Shown one piece after another: positions 54,541 to 64,000 of a stretch of 64,000 nucleotides of DNA. Below the pieces are notes generated by a model. It ran no database searches, was not told the origin of the DNA, and saw only the letters and a program-made list of their open reading frames with translations. The translations under genes and the position numbers were made by a program. Origin of the DNA: Octopus vulgaris (Eukaryota); assembly GCA_951406725.2 (NCBI GenBank), contig OX597820.1, positions 84,568,001 to 84,632,000 of the forward strand. Reading direction: 5' to 3'. Positions within the stretch are counted from its first letter, which is position 1, and every line of letters begins with the position of its first letter.

Positions 54541-55941
54541 GGGTATATGTATCGCTCTGTTGTGAAATTTGATTTATTATATATTATGAGAGATGCAGTA
54601 TTAAGACGGAGAGTGAATATTTGAGCCTGGATGTTCAATTCTATATGAGTATAGTTTGTTCTAATAGAACCTCCACGTTTAAGTTTGAACGAAATACAAT
54701 CATTCTGAATAGAAAAAAAAATGCCATTCCATCAGTTACGGAGAGAGTCTGCTCATGTAATTAACGTGTAATGGCTGAAAATCCCATTGGCACGCTTACT
54801 CACAATGCAGTTCGCATTGGGATTCAAAGTAACGCAGATTGTGACGACGTTAGCCCTTTTCAATCACAGGTACCACTCATTTTTTTTCCCATTCTGATGG
54901 AGTGGAACAGCCTAAATTGTAGTATCTTGCCGAAAAACACATTTCGCCGATTTACTAGTATCTATTACTCCATCACAGTTTTATATCATCGTGCCATATT
55001 TTCGTATAAACCATTCATCAGTGTTGTATAGTGTGATACACTTGTTTACCGAACAACACATCTCATTAGCATAACTTTGAACATATTCTAAAACATCACC
55101 AATTGCTTCTATCCAGCTATTCATTATAGTATTTGCTCCAATAATTTAAGATGCAAAGCTCTTGAATGCGTTTTATAATTACAAACCTGTACCACAATTT
55201 TATATAGTATGTACTATACATAACTTGTTTTCCTCACAAGCCACTATCATTATCAATTCTTTGCACAAACACCCACTCTATATTTAATCACTCAAATTAA
55301 CTTCACGTAATCCAAATCTGGAAAACTTTATATCTTTTGTAACACCTTGAAAGTTATGATTCAACTTCACTTTCCGCATCGATATAAGCTGAAAATTATT
55401 TCACACTAAATCTTATTCACGCAATCTGAATATAAACCCATATATATAAAAAAAAATTACAACTCTCAACTAGAGAAGTTATTCATTTCTCTTTAAGCAT
55501 TCGCTATGTGTTTATTCTTTTTGTGTTCGTGGATTAAAATTTTTTAAAAAATTCTTTATTCTTAGCGTCACATCATGTCAGAGAATAGGGAGACACGTAT
55601 ACGTGATTCAGTACTTCCTGCCTGTAACACATACACACACGTGCATACATATATCCACAAATGCACACCATTGCAAGAAAACACACACACAAATATGTAC
55701 GTACATGCATACATTCAGCTATTCATACATGATACATACATTCATACATGCATGCATACACATATACATGTCATACATCTAAGTGCAATACAACAGCTTC
55801 TTTAAGAAGTTTTGTTTATAGACGCGAATTCTCATCTTCAATCGTTATGTTTGATATATTCTGCACATGTTATAGCCTTAAGCCAATCCATTAACTGTAA
55901 ATCGACTGTGCCAAAAAAGAAATTTTAGCAGCCCGTCGTAT

Positions 55942-55976
<35 letters not shown>

Positions 55977-56599
55977 CTGACTGACAAATATATGTAGTTC
56001 GATGTACGCATCACAGAATGTTCTACTTATCATCACACTTCTTAAGCTTCGTGTGTCTAGAAAAAGTTCATATAATCAGATGATCGGTGTGAAAGTTAAT
56101 ATAAAAGAAATAGAACTTAATATTTCTGTGGCACCATTAAGATCTCTGTTGATTACATCAAGTCAGATATTTCTTCAATATATTCGAACAAAATCAAGCT
56201 TTACGTTCTAAGGCCCACTTTGTAAATCAGACCGGGTGTTGTTGACAGATGTTTACCATTATGTAGAAGTGTATATCTAGCATCATCAGTCCTTATATAC
56301 GCCTCATCACCTGGTGCAACATACAGAATGTTAACATAAGTTATCAATCGTCCTCTAACGTAAAGCATTTGAGTCACAGCAATTTGTAGGTCGGCAATTG
56401 AACAATTTGATTGTGCCGGGCTACACGCAAAGTTTTTTGATTTTTCATGTAATGGGCATAGGATTTATATAATCCGCCAATGCTCCTTGCGCAGCTAGGC
56501 CAAGACCGATATATCCGAGTTATATGCAGCTAATGACTTGTATTTCATTTGCAGTGTGTCTGTCAGATTGCAGCATTTGGATATGCCGTTCTCTTATAG

Positions 56600-56940
56600 T
56601 TGAACACGAGCTGTTGCTTGAATATATATCTCTTTGATACACAAGTTTGCAAGTATGAATTCCATGTGAATAAGGCGAGAACTTGTCAAAGATAAACCGT
56701 ATGAATTTTGAAAAATCTCTTCAGTATTCTCAAATTGTGCAGATGAGGTGAGAAAGGGATTCGAAAGTTGGCGGTTGCTTCATCTGAAAGGGTGCTTGTG
56801 TTACGCGAATCTTCACTTATAATATAAAATTCTGCATAATTCTGAATAACTGACGAGAACCTCGACTGCAAATCATTGTACCCTCTTGCCATCCTATTTG
56901 ATGATATGATCGTGGATCTATGGAATACTAACATTCATAA
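56600..56940 (-). pseudogene. Possible ancient hAT transposase remnant
   Basis: ...YNDLQSRFSSVIQNYAEFYIISEDSRNTSTLSDEATANF loosely resembles the post-TRW helical region of hAT transposases. Weak. Confidence 0.25.
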
Positions 56941-58368
56941 TAGGCTGCTGGTATGATTTTCCACAGTTGCAAGTGGGAATAGGATGTCTGGGCGAAGGGT
57001 TATTCAACTTTTAATGAGCAATTTTATAAGCAATTTTTGTAAAAGCCAAAAGTGAAACATGAAGTAATGGAAACTAAAATGTCTAAAATTTGTTACTGGT
57101 TTTAAGAAATACGTTGATGACGTTAAGGTATTTCCTGGCTTTATTAATGCAAATATCTAGATTAATTAGAGGGTGGAACTAAATTAGCTAGTGTTTCTAA
57201 ATTTAATCGCAATCTGCGTTGGGTTTCCTTGATTCTTCATTTACCATATGCATTTATGTAGCAGTTAACCCACATTTCGCTATTATTTTTTATATAATTG
57301 CATACATTTTGGTGATGTTGTTCATAAGGAATGACTGTGAGTCAAGATATACGTTTTTTTTTTTGTTTTTTATATTTGAACTTTATTCAGCAACAATGTA
57401 TAACCAATATGAAAGTTTAGAGAGCGTGTCATGCAACTTAATAAAATGATTAAAAATATATTGAAACAATGTTAAAATTAAATACTTTCGTAATCATATT
57501 TATCAAGTGAACTTTACATTTATCAATGTTGTTTACACTACATACGCAATCATCTGGAAGTCTGTCCCGCTTCAATTATCGACTCCGGGAACACTGGTAG
57601 GGCGTTGATAGTATGAAACAGTGTTGCCTTTATAGGGCCTCTGCTCACATCGAGCACATTGAATGGATATAATCTCTATTTCTGATAAGGGGTTTACAGC
57701 AAATTTCTCACTTGCAGTTCATAGAAAGCATTTTGTAATTTGACACAGTGAAACTAATAATCTCAAAATACGAAACTATTGTACATGATGTACCTGAAAT
57801 TTGCAGCTAACGTCTCTACTATTTGTAGCACTGAACATTTGGACTAAGGCTAAAATGTCCATTTTCGGTGACTGCCAACTGACGCCACGAACATACCACG
57901 AACAACACATGGTAAATTTACATAAAAAAAACATTTTCTAAGCTCTCAAATGTAGGCTTAAATATTCTCACTTAGTAGCACTTATTGTTTAATTTATATT
58001 GCCTTCCGGTTGGCACCGAACATATGTTGTGAAGCTGTCTACGCGTCTACGCCGACAAAATGTAAAACCATGCAGAAACGTCAAGCACACACACATAAAC
58101 AGGAACACACACACGTACATACATGCGCGCAAAATATATTTTGGGAAAACAAATACGTTTAAGCAAATTCAGAGTAGGTGGTGAAATATTGGGGCTACTC
58201 CAGCATATAGACACTCTAAATTGCACTTCTTATTTAAATCTCTGATGAAATTGTAAGGTATTACTTAGGCACTCGAATATGAGATTTCCACATGTCATTG
58301 TAGAAACACCAGTAAGAAACACCTGTAAGTGAAGTTCATAAAACAGCTGGTTATTCCTATGTCGCTAT

Positions 58369-58369
<1 letters not shown>

Positions 58370-58416
<47 letters not shown>

Positions 58417-58476
58417 GCACATATATATATATATAGATAGATAAATAGATTGATAGATAGATAAATAGATAGATAA

Positions 58477-58556
<80 letters not shown>
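58370..58556. repeat. Compound (TC)n-(CA)n-(TA)n-(GATA)n microsatellite
   Basis: Seen directly; representative of dozens of such tracts in the window. Confidence 0.95.
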
Positions 58557-58949
58557 AGACATATATACATACGTACATTTAAAAGATGAAGCCATCGACT
58601 TGATTGAAAATTATAGACTCATTGCTTACCTAAACATTATGGATAAGCTGTACAGAAGCTACCTCATTTAAATCCTACACGTCATTGTGAGTCCAACACC
58701 ATAGTGACTGCTGAACGAGCTGGAGGAACGAAGGGTGTGTGAAAGCTGTGCTGAACAAATTCCGATAACCAAATCTTTACTATCTGAGGTAAAAAAAAAA
58801 TGTAAATAAACATGGTAGGAGCCTTACAACATTATGGCTCGCTTATAGAAAGGAATCTGACCCTATTCCCCACTGATGGCGGCTAAAGTGTATCCATTTC
58901 GTAAAAGCGTGTGTGCGTGTATGTGTGTGTGTTATTTGTATATAGATCG

Positions 58950-59422
58950 CCCTTTTTACTACAAGAGAATTTTTTTCCTGCACGTTAACTGCAGTGTATT
59001 TGCCTTTTAGCAGTTGGAATACAGGACAAACACATTTCACTATACCTAATTCTGCCCATACATAGACACTGCTTAGCGCTAACAAATCGTTATTTTCCTT
59101 CGAGCGGACGTAATCCTAGCGCAAATCAGTCAACGTGTTGACTGAATCATATATAAATCTGTAGTTTTATAAGTCCGTTTAGAGTGGCCTCTCTTTGGTA
59201 CATCTCATCGAAAATAGATTAGAAGCTTCCAACCTCGATGTCTGAGATTCCTAATAGATGACGACTTTTGAAGCACCGGGTGTTTTTAGCATAAGTGAGA
59301 TTTTTTCATTACGTTAATTACAAAGTTTATACCTTTTAGAAGTTGAAATATGTGACAAACATATGTGAACTCACCTAATTCTGCTCATACATAAACACTG
59401 CTTAGTGCTAATAATTCGTTAT
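58950..59422. repeat. Diverged ~140 bp direct repeats 329 bp apart, flanked by microsatellites
   Basis: ccttttag.agttg.aata...gacaaaca...acctaattctgc.catacata.acactgcttag.gctaa.aa.tcgttat occurs at 59003-59093 and 59332-59422, and weaker similarity extends ~50 bp upstream. Confidence 0.8.
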
Positions 59423-59888
59423 ATATAAGTATGTATGTATGTATTCTTAAAAGAAAAATGATTAATTATAACAAAAATAGTACGAAAAACAAAATGGCAC
59501 GATTATTTTGGAAGGAAGATTCCGTGTTGAGTTAAGCATTCTTGCTGTTGATAACATTTTAAACACGTTTTTGAAAAACTGAACAGCGTGTGCGCTTAAC
59601 ATAATAATACAACTTTTTTTAGAATGTTCGTGTCAGTTTGTTTTAAAAGATTTTTTAAATATCGTTGATAATTTTTAATTAAAGGAATGTTTTTTCAGCT
59701 ACGTATACTCTATACACATAAACGTACATGTACACACCGAGGCACACACTCACACGGGAATATATATATATATGTATGTACATATATGTATATGTATGCA
59801 TATGTATGTATGTATGTATGTATGTATCTATCTATCTCTGTATCAATGTCAATCTATCTATAGTTTTTGTATACATAAATATGTATGT

Positions 59889-59949
<61 letters not shown>

Positions 59950-62229
59950 TATATATATATATGTATACACGCACATACATACACAGACACATATACACAC
60001 ACACAAATATATATATACACCTATCTTTTTCTCGCCATCTTAGTGCAGCTATATCATGATATTTCGATCGTTGTCATTTCTTTGTTCCGGTTTATTATAA
60101 GAATTTTTGCATTTCATTTCTTTGACGTCGGCACGAAATTTACAATCCACTACGACGGACCTTCGATTTGTGTGGGCGTCTACAGTGAAATGCCGTATTA
60201 ATTATTCCTTTTCTTCGCGTTAATGAACTATATTCTCTGACAAATTTCCAATCACCATTAGTGTTCACTCTGTTGTTCACTCTGTTCACTCTATAGTGTT
60301 CACTCTTTTACAAACATTCATTTGTTGTTTGAGATATCTTCCTCCTCTTTAACTACTTTCTTTCGGTGAGCATGTAATGTCTGATTGGCAAGGATTTCGC
60401 GTTTGACCTCTATGTTTACGTGCGTGTATATACCATTATTCTCCTTCTCATATTACCATATTCAATTGATATCTATCGAGTTCGAATATTTCATTCGATT
60501 ACATTTGTATATATGTTCAATAATCATCGAATATAGCACCAAATCTTTTATATCTTTTCGATAAATTGTGCATATTACAGACCAGTGGGTATATCAGAGG
60601 AAACGCTTTACAAAGAATCAAATCAACGAATATTGCATTGTAATAGAGTTTTCTTATCTCATTTTCTCAAACTGATATGCTGAAAACAAATATTGTTTTG
60701 ATTTTTATCGGATACTGCTAAATCCATAACACGGGCGCTTCCCGTACAACATAAATTGTTACGTTATGCTATTGCATGAAAGAAAATTTCTGTTTGACAG
60801 GGCTAAGATTCTTTTGCACCTGAAGAATGCACAAAATATTTGTTCAATATCAAATTATCAATTTAAAAAAAAAATAATAATCTTGCATATTTATAAATAT
60901 TTCCGATAGAAAGAATAGAACAAGAGAATTGTGTTTGCCCATGTTTTCCGTCTCCAGTTTTAAAAATGATATTGTCATTCGTTCTTCCAATTTGTTTCAA
61001 GGGTATGGAAGCAATCATAACGTAACTATCCTGAGTGTGAATTCTAGATGAAATTGGGGAAATGCGTTTCAGTTTAGCCGGAAGATAGATACCATATATA
61101 CAAGGTACTACTATAAATAAGATTTTGCATAACACCGATTGTAATAGGGAGACTGGTGTACCCGTGATGTAACTGTTCCGTCAGTTTTATGAATGTGGTT
61201 CAAAATAGTCTCCTTGTGTCAGCTTGGATTCCAAAGAACAGAAAGTGTATTCCCCTTCGTTTTCATATAGTAAACCGTTATATTTTCTCTTCACGCAATT
61301 TTACATCTATAGCGAGAGGAGGGTTAACGTTGTTGTTGAAATTGATAATTGTAAGCAAACTCACAACAATCATCTTTAGCAATAAGTACAGTCTATCTTG
61401 TGAGATTTTGCTTGGAAAATAAGAAACTAGTATTTGTTGCTTAGTTGAACAAATCTTGCCAAGATGCCACACACAATCCAATGGCAATTTTTACTTTTTT
61501 CATTCTATTTTTGTGAAAACTTTTGACGTACAATATCGCAACTTTGGTTTCTGATCCTCAGAGTCTGAATTTTAAACATTAGTAATATATTATCTTTGCA
61601 TATTTAACATTGAATCTCATTTCGTGTCAAAGCTTATTTAGAATGTGGAAAATGTATGAATTCGTTAGTTGGCTACAGCAATATTTAGATATTTATTCAA
61701 AAATATTATTATATCCTCCAGATATCTATGAGTCAACGTAATCTAATGAAATTTATCGATCCAATAAACGAAGCAAATAAATATTCGCAAACGCTATCAA
61801 TTTTACAAATTTGATAATCTTTTCAGTAGATCGTTATCTATTATAAACAAAATTATGAATTTTGTCGATATGCAGAACTCAAACGTTGAATTTCACATTT
61901 GCGCTTAATCATCATGTGTATATATGTGAGTGTGCGTGTGTGTGTCTATATGTATGTGTATTTGTATGTGCGCTTGTATTCCCGTGTGCGCGGATCTGTG
62001 TGCGTGTTTGTGAGCGTGTGTGTGTGTATGTGTGAGTGTTTGAGTAAGTGTGGCTCTGTAAATATATATGTATATAGACAGATAGATGAAGTAATCTCCT
62101 ACTTATACTCAGCATTATACTCCGACTTGAAATACTAATGTAATACCCATGTATTACTTCTGGAGTTGTAAATACTACGTACTTGCATAAATTTTGTGCA
62201 TACCAACGCAGATCATATATATAAATGTA

Positions 62230-63900
62230 GCTCATCAGGCTACTGAAGAATAAGAAAATGTCCTATTTAAGACGGATGCACTTAGAAATTGGAAACAAAA
62301 ACGAACTCTCCCACGAAAAGGAAAGAGAAGGAGAGAGAGAGAGAGAAAAAGAAGATGAGAAAACATAGATTTGGAAAACATTAAAACAAGTCTTAAATCT
62401 CTCTATAAAATTTCAAAGGTAACAACCACAGTTCAGTGCAAATATGACCATGGTTTCATTTAAATAGCTGACTGTCTGCAGATGCGAAAAGGAAAGAGCA
62501 AAGTGTTAGTGAGCAATTTAAAAGCATTTTCAGATAAATAGAACCGGCTGAACTCTTTAACATGGCAGATCTCCAAACAAAGGCGGCAGCCATCGGTTAC
62601 TGCGACATAGAGGAAGCAGATGTACCAGAGGCCACAGACAAAATTAGCTTAAGCTCAGCAACTGGCCCTAATGGCTTGGCAGCGATCCTCCTAATGTCAC
62701 GTAAGAATGCTTTAGAGCGAAACTACTTCAGATCCCTTTCCAAAGATACTTTGCAAAGGGCAAACTTCCTGAAATGCTAAAAGAATGTATTATATGCATT
62801 ATTCATGAAAGTGATGGCAGAATAGAGGCTAAAATCTTTATGCCAATCTCTCTGACTTCCTTGAAGAAAATTATATATTAAAACATACGCAGCATTTCTT
62901 CCACTCAGGGAGAGGCTGCCTCACACAGATCTTACAGCTCTATTGGTTTTAAAGAAGCTGCTTAACTAATCAAGTGTCGATGGTATATATCTTGACTTCG
63001 CAAAGGCCTTTGATACGGTAGAACATAACATGATATGTCACAAGCTGTAAGACCTTGGTATAGCTAGTAATCTGAAAGTGTGGCTGCATTAATTCTTAAA
63101 ATTCAGAAGTCATGTATTTGCAGCCAATGGTACCTTCTCTGAAGAAACGCAAATTCTGGATGGGGATTCTTGGGGGTATTACTGTTATTAATAGCTCTCT
63201 CAGGCATGCCAACTGCCACTTAAACAGCCACTGTCACTAGCTATGCCGATGATACCAAATTGTCACAGGCAATACAGAATACAGACGATCTCGTAAGCTT
63301 ACAACTGCAACTGAATACAATATAGAAGTGATCAGAATAAAACGACAATCAGTTTAATTCTAGAAAACGTCAGTCACTGCGCTATCAGCTCACCAACGAA
63401 GGTACTGCAATCTCAGAATCTAAGATGGTGAGAGCATTTCAGATGCACATTACTAAGATGGCAACAAATTGCAAACAAAGTGTAGGCGTGATGCTAAGGC
63501 CGGTCAAGACAAGCGACGAAGCTCTTTGGAGGAGTTTTGTTCGCAGCCGCTTGCTCTCATTACTGCTCTCATCTGCTACCATCACATAGCGCCAAACGAA
63601 GAGCGGAACTTGAAGCGGCCCAACGATACTACACTAAAACGCCTGTGCGCAGAAGATGAACTAAAAGGAGAGGCTGCAAAAAATACGTCTTACTCCCTGG
63701 GGCAAATAATCTACACATAGAAAAGTCGAGAAGAGATAATACCTAATTTTGGTATTCAGTTGAACAAATTCTCGAAATTAACACCCATTTATTGTAAAAT
63801 CAGGACGAATAACTTCAATAGCTTACATTTCAAAAGACCATAGATCTTCATTATCCTGCAAAAGAAAGTTAAGCAAGCCTAGACAATATAGACATGGATG
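62230..63900 (+). mobile_element. Degenerate CR1-like LINE (RT region)
   Basis: SSATGPNG.AAILL, IHESDGR...PISLTS, GRGCLTQ, VDGIYLDFAKAFDTVEH (~62976), SYADDTKL (~63239). Boundaries are approximate. Confidence 0.8.
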
Positions 63901-64000
63901 ACTCCAAAAAGGAACTGGAATTCTCCTACCACTATAGTGGATGTCACAGATAAGAGCCATAATGTCAAACTCCGTCTTACAACAAATGATGTTAGAAACA

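Noticed and set aside
60860-61480. Minus-strand ORFs faintly resembling an L2/CR1 RT or a piggyBac transposase
   Set aside because: No intact catalytic motif, and the assignment is ambiguous.

Overview
AT-rich eukaryotic (metazoan) DNA saturated with (TA)n, (TG)n, (TAA)n, (GAA)n, (TATG)n and (GATA)n microsatellites. The repeat content and the two tRNA-derived SINE families resemble what I recall of octopus/coleoid genomes (inference). No intact host gene, rRNA, tRNA or CRISPR array is supported, and most listed ORFs are microsatellite artefacts. The window is a transposon graveyard: one mariner with TIRs, two RTE LINEs sitting in (TA)n, a head-to-tail cluster and scattered fragments of R4/Dong-like restriction-endonuclease LINEs in (TAA)n, several Penelope-like element (PLE) remnants, a CR1-like LINE, about 10 SINE copies and two foldback palindromes. 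The most interesting signal is a set of small non-coding elements with ~330-406 nt units that are integrated as more than one unit. Two of them carry recognisable minimal type I hammerhead ribozyme folds (retrozyme/PLE-terminal-repeat-like), and the inverted architecture of one maps the template 5' end to within 7 nt of the predicted self-cleavage site. An RTE copy also shows a clear twin-priming-type 5' inversion. All calls are by-eye motif recognition; no searches were run.
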